Shown here: positions 40,277-48,916 of the stretch, in pieces
How positions within the stretch are numbered: the stretch's first letter is position 1
Layout of the letters: the number at the start of each line of letters is the position of its first letter
From: Bacteroidales bacterium
GTDB taxonomy: Bacteria; Bacteroidota; Bacteroidia; Bacteroidales; 4484-276
Assembly: GCA_035647615.1 (NCBI GenBank)
Contig: DASRND010000003.1
Span: 3,135-67,134, forward strand
Direction: 5' to 3'
Length of the DNA: 64,000 nucleotides
Translations under genes and position numbers: made by a program
Notes under the pieces: model-generated
Database searches by the model: none
What the model saw: only the letters and a program-made list of their open reading frames with translations
What the model was told of the DNA's origin: nothing

Positions 40277-41071
40277 TTACACCACCAGCTTGCGGTTGAA
40301 CTTCTTCACCGCTTGAAAAATAGCTACTACCAAAATTATGAGCATTCCAATGCCTGCCATCCAGGCGATGGAACCGTAATATACTTCGGCCAGTTCGGTG
40401 CGCTTGTAGATGATTCCGGCGAAAGCCCAGATGATGACAAGACTGAAGAAAATATCTTTGCGCGCAAACAAAACTATCAGCGTAAGCAATATAACAATGG
40501 CTATCATTACCACAGTCCATGTTTCGGGTGCCAGCCCCCAGCCATTCCATTTGTAGCGCAGTAGCAGGGTGGAAGCATTGGCGATGGTGGCCACGCTGAT
40601 CCATCCAAGATAAACACTAAAAGGCATGTGTACCAAATACATTTCGCTGCGACTTACCACGCGATTTCCAATGCCCAGACGGGTGTAGATAAGAATGAGC
40701 GAAAACAAAAACAGCAGCATCAGCACCATCGAAAGCCAAACCACCTGATGGTGCCAGGCAAAAATCCAGGATACGTTGAGCACCGAAGTAACGAAAAACC
40801 AAATGTCGATGCGGTAGAGATAACGGTTTTGCGGGATGTTGCTCTCTTTAAATAGTCCTTTGGCCTGGTAGATGACAAAAATGATCAGCAACAGATAAAT
40901 GACGCCCCAGATAGAAAAAGTGATGCCTGCAGGGGTGAAAAGACTGGGGAAACTGTCGGAGAGTGCGCCGGTGGTGCGGCCTGCAATTGGAAGTGCGTTG
41001 GCCAGATAATTTACCACGATTACTGCAATCAGGCCGACGATGTTCAGGATTTGGTAGGTTTTAATGCGCAT
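40277..41071 (-). CDS. TspO/MBR-related tryptophan-rich membrane protein
   Basis: 264 aa, about 7 TM segments, Trp-rich (FSIWGVIYLL, WIFAWH). The family call is from pattern memory only. Confidence 0.45.
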   Translation of the reverse strand: MRIKTYQILNIVGLIAVIVVNYLANALPIAGRTTGALSDSFPSLFTPAGITFSIWGVIYLLLIIFVIYQAKGLFKESNIPQNRYLYRIDIWFFVTSVLNVSWIFAWHHQVVWLSMVLMLLFLFSLILIYTRLGIGNRVVSRSEMYLVHMPFSVYLGWISVATIANASTLLLRYKWNGWGLAPETWTVVMIAIVILLTLIVLFARKDIFFSLVIIWAFAGIIYKRTELAEVYYGSIAWMAGIGMLIILVVAIFQAVKKFNRKLVV

Positions 41072-41206
41072 GTTGCTTGTTTTTATTTTTGTTTTTTAGT
41101 GAACGTACAGAAGCAGTCTTGGATGTCCGGTGTCAACGGTTTTTTTGTAAAAAAATGTTTTTGAACAAACGCCGGCGTGCCCGGTTTCTTGCAAAATTAT
41201 GAAAAA

Positions 41207-41659
41207 ATGCAGCTATTAATTAAGTCGAAGGTAGCCGCGCCTTTTGAGCTGGTGCGTGAAAATTTCGACAGGGAATTATTTGAAGCGCTTTTGCCGCCGT
41301 CATTTGTAGCTTCACTTGCACGTTACGATGGCTCTGCGCCCGGCGATGAAGTGCATATTCAATTTCATCTGCCGTGGCGGTCTCTTTGGATTAGCCAAAT
41401 CACCGAATCAGAGCAAACTCCCACAGCGCAACATTTTATCGATGAAGGAATCCGGCTGCCTTTTGGCCTGCGCACATGGAGGCATCAGCATGGCGTTATA
41501 AAAATTGACAACAATAAAACGGCTATCATTGATGACATAAGCTTTAGCACCCGAAACAAGCTGATGGATCTGTTGGCCTGGCCGATGCTATTTCTGGCTT
41601 TTTATCCACGAAAGTGGCAGTATAAATCTTTCTTTAAAAAACTAAAAGGGAAACGATAA
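41207..41659 (+). CDS. SRPBCC (START/Bet v1-like) superfamily protein, putative
   Basis: 150 aa from ATG 41207 (MQLLIKSKVAAPFELV...). The length and beta-alpha-beta pattern suggest SRPBCC; there are no catalytic motifs. Confidence 0.4.
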   Translation: MQLLIKSKVAAPFELVRENFDRELFEALLPPSFVASLARYDGSAPGDEVHIQFHLPWRSLWISQITESEQTPTAQHFIDEGIRLPFGLRTWRHQHGVIKIDNNKTAIIDDISFSTRNKLMDLLAWPMLFLAFYPRKWQYKSFFKKLKGKR

Positions 41660-41724
41660 ATCAAAACCATAAAACTTTCGTTGATTTCTTTTTTAAAGAA
41701 CCAACATCATTAATAAAAATACAA

Positions 41725-41970
41725 ATGGAAATTGCCGAATGGAGAGAAATAGCTTACCGAAAAGCATTTGAAACCACGTTGAAATACATTCAGAATCTGC
41801 GCCACAGAGATAAGAAGTTCACCATCGACAGTCTGGAGGCGATGCTGCAAACCGAATACGACCGGCAGGGACTGGCCTGGGATGGCCGGGGCGAAGTGGT
41901 CGAGATTTCTATCGAAGCCAACATAGCAGCCATGCAGCAGGAACTTTACAGCTGGCGCAAAGAGATATAG
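41725..41970 (+). CDS. hypothetical protein (81 aa)
   Basis: The ORF has genome-typical composition. I recognise no family. Confidence 0.4.
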   Translation: MEIAEWREIAYRKAFETTLKYIQNLRHRDKKFTIDSLEAMLQTEYDRQGLAWDGRGEVVEISIEANIAAMQQELYSWRKEI

Positions 41971-42048
41971 CATCGGGTAATACTGTTTCGTGATTGCAAC
42001 AGGAAAATTTTTACCAACCGACCAGATGGTTATTGTCCCGCTGTCATT

Positions 42049-42104
42049 TTCTAACTTCTGAGTTCCAACTTTTGGCCTCCACCTTCCAACTTCTGATTTT
42101 TACT
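42049..42104. repeat. degenerate heptanucleotide array (TTCYRAC-like x8)
   Basis: TTCTAAC TTCTGAG TTCCAAC TTTTGGC CTCCACC TTCCAAC TTCTGAT TTTTACT, read directly from the sequence. Confidence 0.7.
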
Positions 42105-42188
42105 ACTTTTAGCCTCACTTTTTTAAAAATACTATCGCAATGCGCCCGGCGTTAAAATGTTGTTTTACAAAGGGCTTTTATTCAGATC

Positions 42189-43748
42189 ATGGCTAAGCAA
42201 ATTATACCATTCTTTTTATTTTTCTTCATTTCGTTCTCTCCGATGCTCATGGCGCAGGACACGATCAAGCCGGAGAATTATCAGATTTTTTATTATGAAA
42301 ATGAAAACATCGCCAGCGAAGGCCTGATGGTAGATGGAAAGCCCGATGGCTATTGGAAGACTTACCACGAAAACAGAACGCTGAAATCGGAAGGCAACCG
42401 CACAAATTTTGATTTGGAAGGGTCATGGAAATTTTATGATGAAACCGGAAAGATCTTGTTGCTGGTGAATTATAGCCAAGGCATTAAAAACGGGCTGCGT
42501 ATCACCTGGCACGACCAGGAAATAGTTGCAGAGAATTTTGAAAACGACATCCGGCAAGGTCTCACCACCTATTATTATGCCGACAGCACCATCGCCAAAA
42601 CCATTCCTTTTGTGAATGGCCGTGAAGAGGGACTGGCCAAAGAGTTCGCCGACGACGGGAGAGTAATCACTCTCACCACCTACAAAAAAGGTTACATCGT
42701 GGCCCGCGAACGCATCAACCGAACCGACTCGGAAGGACGCAAGCAGGGAGCCTGGAAGTTTTTTCACAACAATGGTCTGGTAAGTCTCGAAGGCCGCTAT
42801 ACCAGCGATGAGAAAGATGGGTATTTTAAAAGTTATGATAAAAATGGCAAGCTGCTCGAAACCAGCAAATGGGTAAATGGCGTGCAGCAGGAAGATGTGG
42901 CTGAGCTGGCGCGGCTCGAAGTGGTGAAAGATTATCACAACAACGGACAGGTGGCCATTGTGCAAACCTACAAAAATGGATTGCCGCAAGGCGTAAGGCG
43001 CGAATACGACGAGGAGGGAAATCTGGTGTCAGGCGCCTATTACGAAAATGGCGTGCTGACCGCCAGCGGCATCACACTTACCAATGGCGTGCGCAATGGC
43101 AAATGGGAAGAGTTTTATCCCGACGGCTCCATGCGTGCCGAGGGTAGCTATGCCGATGGACTAAAAACCGGACGCTGGAATTATTACCACCCCAACGGGA
43201 AATTAGAACAAACCGGCACTTACAACAATAAGGGAACGCCGGAAGGTCTCTGGACGTGGTATTATCCTTCGGGTTCGCTGCTGCGTGAAGAGAATTTTCT
43301 GCATGGCCTGCCTGACGGCATGCTGACCGAATATTACGAAGATGGCAACATCGTTACCGAGGGCGAATACATCGAAGGATTGCAGGAAGGCCCCTGGACA
43401 TACACCTACGGCGACAGCCGCGAAGAAGGCAGCTATAGCTATGGCCGAAGAAACGGTGTTTGGAAGTATTTCGACACGGATGGCAACTTGCTTTTCGAGG
43501 GCGAGTTTATCGATGATAATCCCCACGGCAAGCATGTTTTTTATTGGAACAACGGCCAGGTAAAAGATGAGATAAACTACGTGGCCGGCATGAAACAGGG
43601 TGATTGGAAAAAATACAATTCCGATGGCACGCTCCTGCTGGTAATCACCTTCGAAAACGGAATCGAACGCAAGTACGATGGCGTTACCATCAAGCCGGCT
43701 TTTTCCGAATCGTTCGACGATGATGGCGATGATGAGGATTGGGATTAG
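42189..43748 (+). CDS. MORN-variant (YwqK-type) repeat protein, secreted
   Basis: 519 aa. Signal peptide, more than 15 copies of G-x-W-x-x-[YF]-[YH]-x-N-G repeats, acidic tail DDDGDDEDWD. Confidence 0.75.
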   Translation: MAKQIIPFFLFFFISFSPMLMAQDTIKPENYQIFYYENENIASEGLMVDGKPDGYWKTYHENRTLKSEGNRTNFDLEGSWKFYDETGKILLLVNYSQGIKNGLRITWHDQEIVAENFENDIRQGLTTYYYADSTIAKTIPFVNGREEGLAKEFADDGRVITLTTYKKGYIVARERINRTDSEGRKQGAWKFFHNNGLVSLEGRYTSDEKDGYFKSYDKNGKLLETSKWVNGVQQEDVAELARLEVVKDYHNNGQVAIVQTYKNGLPQGVRREYDEEGNLVSGAYYENGVLTASGITLTNGVRNGKWEEFYPDGSMRAEGSYADGLKTGRWNYYHPNGKLEQTGTYNNKGTPEGLWTWYYPSGSLLREENFLHGLPDGMLTEYYEDGNIVTEGEYIEGLQEGPWTYTYGDSREEGSYSYGRRNGVWKYFDTDGNLLFEGEFIDDNPHGKHVFYWNNGQVKDEINYVAGMKQGDWKKYNSDGTLLLVITFENGIERKYDGVTIKPAFSESFDDDGDDEDWD

Positions 43749-43758
43749 GATTTTTTAT

Positions 43759-43789
43759 ACCTTCTCACCACGGAGACGCGAAGGTTTTT
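43759..43789 (+). terminator. possible terminator after the MORN-repeat gene
   Basis: 6-bp stem ACCTTC / GAAGGT with a 15-nt loop, followed by TTTTTATT. The large loop makes it weak. Confidence 0.35.
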
Positions 43790-43817
43790 ATTAAAACCTA
43801 TCAGACCAGATTACTTG

Positions 43818-43866
43818 TTCAATTTGGCTTAATCTCACTTTTTTTGCCACTTTAAGCCAAATTGAA
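43818..43866. promoter_or_regulatory. perfect 15-bp inverted repeat (TTCAATTTGGCTTAA N19 TTAAGCCAAATTGAA)
   Basis: Arms at 43818-43832 and 43852-43866. Located 126 nt upstream of the GNAT gene start. Confidence 0.4.
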
Positions 43867-43991
43867 TTTTTAGTATGCACCATTTTATTATTTCAACACC
43901 ATCTTGTTGTAATTGTGCGTTTCAACCATTGTCAGCTTATACTTTCATTTGTATGAATAATCTTTTAAATTAGAAAATCGAAGACAACAAG

Positions 43992-44555
43992 ATGATCATC
44001 AGAAAAGCAATACCATCAGATGCAGAGCGCATCGTCGCCTTTTTGCTTTTGGCAACGGAGGAAATTGTATACAAATTTATCGGCGAAAAGGATCATGAAA
44101 AAGCGAAGGCGTTTTTACTTTACTTTATTAAAAAAGAAAACAACCAATATTCGTATCAAAACTGCCTGGTGGCCGAAATTGATAACGAAATGGTGGCAGC
44201 GGTTGCTTTTTATGACGGCGCCAGGTTGGCGGCATTGCGACAGCCAATAATAGATTACATTCGGGACAATTTTAATAAAACCTTTGAACCTGAAGATGAA
44301 ACCAGCAATGGTGAATTTTACATCGATTCGATAGGCGTTAGCCTTAGCCATCGGGGAAAAGGCATCGGTGCAAATCTGCTGCAGTTTCTGATTGATGAAT
44401 ACGTGAGCAAGAAACGGAAAAACCTGGGTTTGCTTGTTGATGAAGAAAACCCCAAGGCAAAGAAGCTGTATTTGAAACTGGGTTTTAAAAGTGTAGGGAA
44501 AATTGTTTTAGTGGGCAAGCAGATGGAACATCTTCAAATCAAAGGGGGAGAATAA
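43992..44555 (+). CDS. GNAT family N-acetyltransferase
   Basis: 187 aa. Acetyl-CoA motif IGVSLSHRGKGIGANLL. Confidence 0.8.
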   Translation: MIIRKAIPSDAERIVAFLLLATEEIVYKFIGEKDHEKAKAFLLYFIKKENNQYSYQNCLVAEIDNEMVAAVAFYDGARLAALRQPIIDYIRDNFNKTFEPEDETSNGEFYIDSIGVSLSHRGKGIGANLLQFLIDEYVSKKRKNLGLLVDEENPKAKKLYLKLGFKSVGKIVLVGKQMEHLQIKGGE

Positions 44556-44724
44556 TCGCGAGCGGTACATTAACGAGCATCCTTTCAGTAGCGCGCGTTC
44601 AGGTTTCTTTATTAAAAATAGATTTTGGTGGTTTATAATAAGTATAAAAAAATTAATGGATCCTCAACTATCGAAGAGATTCTGCGGGAAACCGGATTGG
44701 ATCAAACCACAATCGAAGAGCTTT

Positions 44725-44753
44725 AAAACTAAAAAGGCGCACGATTGTGCGTC
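44725..44753 (-). terminator. rho-independent terminator for the HK-RR operon
   Basis: Minus strand: GACGCAC AATC GTGCGCC (5 perfect GC-rich pairs plus 1) followed by TTTTTAGTTTT. Confidence 0.5.
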
Positions 44754-44827
44754 TTCAAAATAAAAGCTGTAACCGGCATTGTCAAATCGTTTGTCTTCGC
44801 AGTCCTGCCAGAAAAGTCAACAATATT

Positions 44828-45562
44828 CTAATCCGTTGGCTCCTGCTCCAGCTCCTGGTTTACCTGCAGCCTGAAACCGGTGCCATGCACATTTACGATG
44901 CTTATGTTGGGATCAGCTTTGAGGTAGCTGCGCAGCTTGGCAATAAAAACATCCATGCTGCGACCGATAAAATAATCGTTGCCACCCCAAATTTTTTTCA
45001 GCGCCTTTTCGCGTGGGAGCAGTTGGTTGCGATGTTCGATGAGTAACTTAAGAAGAGCGGACTCCTTGCGGGTAAGTTTTTGCTCGAAGTCGTCGCAGCG
45101 CAGGATCATGTTAATAGTATCAAATTCAATGTTGCCAAGTTTATAAATATTCCCTGCGATGCTTTCACCACTGTGGCTCTTTACCAGGCAGCGTTTAAGT
45201 ACGGCACTGATGCGTAGACTAAACTCTTCGGTGCTGAAAGGCTTGGTGATGTAATCGTCGCAGCCTGCCTTGAAACCTTTGATACGATCTTCTTTGAGCG
45301 ATTTGGCGGTGAGAAAAATAATCGGGATCGTATCGTTCATGTCGCGGATTTCCTGAGCAAGAGCAAAGCCATCCTTGCGTGGCATCATCACATCAAAAAT
45401 ACAAAGATCGAAGTGTGTGGTTTTAAATACAGTAAGCGCCTCATAGCCATCCCTACAGAGCGAAACGTTATATCCCAACATCTCGAGATAGTCTTTTAAA
45501 ACCACACTTAAATTAGGATCGTCCTCGGCAAGAAGGATGGCTATGTCTTTGTTTTCTATCAT
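44828..45562 (-). CDS. OmpR/PhoB-type response regulator
   Basis: 244 aa. Receiver domain (DLCIFDVMMPRKDG, TAKS) plus a winged-helix trans_reg_C tail (VHGTGFRL). Confidence 0.9.
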   Translation of the reverse strand: MIENKDIAILLAEDDPNLSVVLKDYLEMLGYNVSLCRDGYEALTVFKTTHFDLCIFDVMMPRKDGFALAQEIRDMNDTIPIIFLTAKSLKEDRIKGFKAGCDDYITKPFSTEEFSLRISAVLKRCLVKSHSGESIAGNIYKLGNIEFDTINMILRCDDFEQKLTRKESALLKLLIEHRNQLLPREKALKKIWGGNDYFIGRSMDVFIAKLRSYLKADPNISIVNVHGTGFRLQVNQELEQEPTD

Positions 45563-45637
45563 GTAAATGATTTAGCAGTTTGGTAAAGCAAATATAACAT
45601 AGTTTTTAGTTTGATCAGAATCTCTGGTTATCAGTCA

Positions 45638-46936
45638 CTATTCGAGCGCATTTTGAGTGGGTGCATGAAAAGGCCAGAACAAAATAAAATTGCTCCCCTC
45701 ACCCTGTTTGCTTCTTACCTGGATATTTCCGGCATGAGCCTCTACGATTGTTTTTACGTAAAACAGGCCAATCCCAAAGCCTTTCACATCGTGTACGTTA
45801 CCGGTGGAGATGCGATGGAATTTTTTAAAAATGTGACGAAAATGTTCTTCGGCGATGCCAATACCTTTGTCCTGAAATGATATGAAAATACCCTTGCGGT
45901 TGCTGTGTGTCGAAATGATGATGTGTGGAGCCTCAGGTGAATATTTATTGGCGTTTTCCATCAGATTGCTAAGCACATTGGTGAAATGGTTTTTGTCGGC
46001 CTGTACGATGTAACCGGAAGCATTGAGTCGGTTTTGGATCACACCGTTACGGCTCGTAACTGTCACACGCAAGCTATCGGTGAGTTGCTCTATTAATTGA
46101 TGAACATCCACAGCTTCGGGATTAATTTTGTACTCGCCGCGCTCGAGCAAGGCCACCTGGAGCACCTGATCGGCCTGATTCCTCAGCCGCTGGTTTTCGT
46201 TGTAAATGATTTTAGCATAGTGATCTACTTTTTCGCTTCTGCTTTGAATCCCTGGCTTGAGCAGCATTTCGCTGGCCACCGAAATAGTAGCAATGGGCGT
46301 TTTAAGTTCGTGCGTCATATTATTAACATAGTCGGCTCTGAGCTGAGCGAGTTTTTTTTGCTGCAGCAACGATCGCGTCACATACCAGAAACCGCTGATG
46401 GCGATGAGCATAAAAAGTGCCGACAGCAAGATGTACAACAACATCTCGTTGAACAGATAGCGCTCTTCGTGAGGAAAATATACCGTGAGATAAAACTGTT
46501 CGATTTGGAAGATACAGGAGATAGGTTTCTGGTGACGCGAATTGATAAGTTGTTCTTTTATTGCTTCATCGCTGATTAAGATAAATTGGTGATTTTCACC
46601 ATCATAAATTCCATAATCATAGGAACGGAGTATCTCCAGATTTTGGAATTCAGTGGTAATAAGCTGAGTGATGAGTTCAGGATTGAGTGAGCGAATAAAT
46701 TGTGAGTGGAGGCTGTTTTTGTTTGGAGAGCTAAGATAGCGCGAAGCCAGAGCCGTATCGTTTTGCAGCGACATGAGCTGGTTTATTACGCGTTTCATGC
46801 CCAACCCAACATTCTCCCGCAACTGATCGTCTTTGGTTTCTAATGCGCTGGCAACCCAAAAGGTCTGCGTGAGAATTATCCCCGTAAGGGCAACCGCAGT
46901 TATGATGATTATGATAAAATAAAGTCGTTTTTGCAT
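45638..46936 (-). CDS. sensor histidine kinase
   Basis: 432 aa. Two TM segments flank a ~150-aa extracytoplasmic region. H-box MTHELKTPI, N-box LMENANKY, G-boxes DKGIGI and GFGIGL. Confidence 0.9.
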   Translation of the reverse strand: MQKRLYFIIIIITAVALTGIILTQTFWVASALETKDDQLRENVGLGMKRVINQLMSLQNDTALASRYLSSPNKNSLHSQFIRSLNPELITQLITTEFQNLEILRSYDYGIYDGENHQFILISDEAIKEQLINSRHQKPISCIFQIEQFYLTVYFPHEERYLFNEMLLYILLSALFMLIAISGFWYVTRSLLQQKKLAQLRADYVNNMTHELKTPIATISVASEMLLKPGIQSRSEKVDHYAKIIYNENQRLRNQADQVLQVALLERGEYKINPEAVDVHQLIEQLTDSLRVTVTSRNGVIQNRLNASGYIVQADKNHFTNVLSNLMENANKYSPEAPHIIISTHSNRKGIFISFQDKGIGIAEEHFRHIFKKFHRISTGNVHDVKGFGIGLFYVKTIVEAHAGNIQVRSKQGEGSNFILFWPFHAPTQNALE

Positions 46937-46974
46937 GCCTCAAAGTTACTGCTCTTCGGGTCTTTTTCCGGACA

Positions 46975-47013
46975 TTAACAAAACCTTAACAGCTTTTAAC
47001 AGCCTCTTAACAG
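46975..47013. promoter_or_regulatory. four phased direct repeats TTAACA(G/A), candidate response-regulator binding sites
   Basis: TTAACAA at 46975, TTAACAG at 46986, 46996 and 47007. Spacings are 11, 10 and 11 nt. They lie in the 154-nt divergent spacer between the HK start and the small Cys-rich ORF. Confidence 0.5.
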
Positions 47014-47032
47014 CTACCGTCTGACGCAGGTG

Positions 47033-47040
47033 TATGTTTG
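47033..47040 (+). promoter_or_regulatory. -7 promoter box TATGTTTG (TAnnTTTG) for the small Cys/Lys-rich ORF
   Basis: Exact consensus match 51 nt upstream of ATG 47091. There is no -33 TTTG; the fourth TTAACAG box occupies the -33 position. Confidence 0.45.
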
Positions 47041-47090
47041 CAGCATAATTATTCAGTCAAAAACATTTAAAAATTAAAAACTAAAACCTC

Positions 47091-47417
47091 ATGAAGAAAG
47101 TATTACTGATAATCGCCCTTGCCTTGTTCATCACCACTGGTGTTGTTACAGCAACCGAAGTACAGCAAGCTACAGCCAATGATTCTGAATTAATTGTTCA
47201 GGCTGACAACAATAATGATTTTGCATCACCGTTTATGGATAACGACAAAACTAAAAAGGACGCCAAGAAAAAGGACAAGAATGCAAAGAGCGCCACTAAT
47301 TGTGTAAAAGAAAATTGTAAAGAAACCAGTTGCAAGGAAGTATGCCCCGACAAAAGTGCTACCAAGTGCTGTGACGAAAGCAAAACAGCCTGCAATAAAG
47401 ATAAAGGTGAAAAGTAA
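47091..47417 (+). CDS. small secreted Lys- and Cys-rich protein (108 aa)
   Basis: Signal peptide MKKVLLIIALALFITTGVVTA, an acidic segment, a Lys-rich segment (TKKDAKKKDKNAK), then CVKENCKETSCKEVCPDKSATKCCDESKTAC (7 Cys in 31 aa). A strong terminator follows immediately. Confidence 0.65.
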   Translation: MKKVLLIIALALFITTGVVTATEVQQATANDSELIVQADNNNDFASPFMDNDKTKKDAKKKDKNAKSATNCVKENCKETSCKEVCPDKSATKCCDESKTACNKDKGEK

Positions 47418-47463
47418 TTTGTTAGAGAAAGAGAGAGATAATTTTTTCATTTCATTTTTTTGT

Positions 47464-47491
47464 CCCCGCCTCCCCGGCGGGGTTTTTTTTT
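47464..47491 (+). terminator. strong rho-independent terminator
   Basis: CCCCGCC (47464-47470) / GGCGGGG (47476-47482), 5-nt loop, then T9. Confidence 0.85.
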
Positions 47492-47613
47492 GTTAATCCC
47501 ACCACAATCTCCAAAAGGAAAAGAAGATTATCAGGCTGATTGCCAATAGCTGAAAGGTTTCTCAGGATCTGCTCCCAAAGGTTGGTAAAAGAGTACGCTT
47601 TTAATTTTCAGGA

Positions 47614-48066
47614 TTAATCCCGATTTTTGGTATCGATGATGAGCGTTACCGGACCGTCATTCAACAGTTCTATCTGCATGTTAGCGCCAAACTCACCCGT
47701 AGCGGAAGCCTTTCCGGTATCGTAGCTAATTTGGTTTACAAATTTTTCGTAAAGAGGAATAGCTGTTTCTGGTTTGGCCGCCTTGATATAGCTGGGGCGA
47801 TTACCTTTTTTGGTGGAAGCGTGCAACGTAAACTGGCTCACCACCAACACTTCTCCGTCTGTTTCGATAACGGATTTATTCATCACTCCTTCGGCGTCAT
47901 CAAAAATACGCAGCCGCGAAATTTTACCACTTAGCCATTCGATATCGGCATCAGTATCGGCCTCTTCGATACCCAGCAAAATGAGCAGCCCCGCGCCAAT
48001 GCAAGAATAGACGCTCCCACCGATGGTTACGCTGGCTCTTTGAACTCGTTGGATTACCGCACGCAT
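47614..48066 (-). CDS. dtd: D-aminoacyl-tRNA deacylase
   Basis: 150 aa. MRAVIQRV opening, SQFTL and GNRPS motifs. Confidence 0.9.
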   Translation of the reverse strand: MRAVIQRVQRASVTIGGSVYSCIGAGLLILLGIEEADTDADIEWLSGKISRLRIFDDAEGVMNKSVIETDGEVLVVSQFTLHASTKKGNRPSYIKAAKPETAIPLYEKFVNQISYDTGKASATGEFGANMQIELLNDGPVTLIIDTKNRD

Positions 48067-48080
48067 AGTTTTGCTTTCTA

Positions 48081-48803
48081 TTAATAAATTTCGATAAGCT
48101 CGATGTTGTAGATGGTGGTGGTGCCTCCGGGGATCAAATCGATATAGTTTTGATCGCCATAGCCCAGTTGTGGCGGAATGTAAAACTCGAAGATCGCTCC
48201 CCGATGCATCAGTTGAATTCCTTCCTGCAAGCCTTTCACCAGATGATGTACACGAATATTTATAGGCCCGGTTTCGTAAGACATATCAAAGGTAGTGCGG
48301 TCGGTGTACATGGCGCGGTAATGAATGGTGACGCTGTCAGTGACGGCCGGATATCGTTTGCCGGTGCCTGTCTTCAGTATTTTGTATTGAAGTCCGTCGG
48401 GCAAAGTATTAACCCCCTCCGCCGATTTATTCTTTTCCATAAAGATTTTGCCGGCTGCTTTGTTTTGGGCCACCATTTTGAGAAAGCGCATTTGCTCCAT
48501 CGAGTCAACTTCATGCTGAAAGATTCGGATAAGACGCACTTTGGTGCTGTCGCTAAAATAATTGTCGCGGTGATTTAGAGCATCGTACAACCCTTTGTAA
48601 ATCATAGCTGCATCAGCATTTATTTGCTGGTCGCGAATTCCTTTGCCATAGTCGTAGCCAATAATGTAGCTCACCGAGTCGAGATGTGTGGTGGGCGTTA
48701 GATCATCGGGCGTTGCCATCCGATTGTTGCACCCCTGGCCAAACAAGAGCAGCAGCATAATGGCAGCTAATGTTTTTGTTGTTTTTATTAAAAATGACAT
48801 CAT
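48081..48803 (-). CDS. FKBP-type peptidyl-prolyl cis-trans isomerase (FkpA-like lipoprotein)
   Basis: 240 aa. Lipobox-like FGQGC, an N-terminal dimerisation-type helix region, and a C-terminal FKBP domain (VTIHYRAM...FD.S...GLQEG...IPPQLGYG). Confidence 0.85.
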   Translation of the reverse strand: MMSFLIKTTKTLAAIMLLLLFGQGCNNRMATPDDLTPTTHLDSVSYIIGYDYGKGIRDQQINADAAMIYKGLYDALNHRDNYFSDSTKVRLIRIFQHEVDSMEQMRFLKMVAQNKAAGKIFMEKNKSAEGVNTLPDGLQYKILKTGTGKRYPAVTDSVTIHYRAMYTDRTTFDMSYETGPINIRVHHLVKGLQEGIQLMHRGAIFEFYIPPQLGYGDQNYIDLIPGGTTTIYNIELIEIY

Positions 48804-48916
48804 TTTCGTTTTTGCATGAGCTGCAAATATAATGGACTGTCGTAATATTGAAATGGAGGGGAGATAATTTTAAACTCATTTTCCCCCGGATTAAAACCCG
48901 GGGCTATTGAAAAGCT

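Noticed and set aside
42189-43748. I considered whether the MORN/YwqK-type repeat protein, a family often labelled as an antitoxin, could be a toxin-antitoxin module.
   Set aside because: The protein has a signal peptide and is 519 aa of repeats. No adjacent toxin-like gene exists, and the flanking small ORF (41725-41970) has no toxin features.
44640-44726. A short open stretch translates to KYKKINGSSTIEEILRETGLDQTTIEEL* and looks like the C-terminal tail of a lost gene.
   Set aside because: It is only ~28 codons, has no start codon, has stops immediately upstream, and has no recognisable family. That is too little evidence to call a pseudogene.
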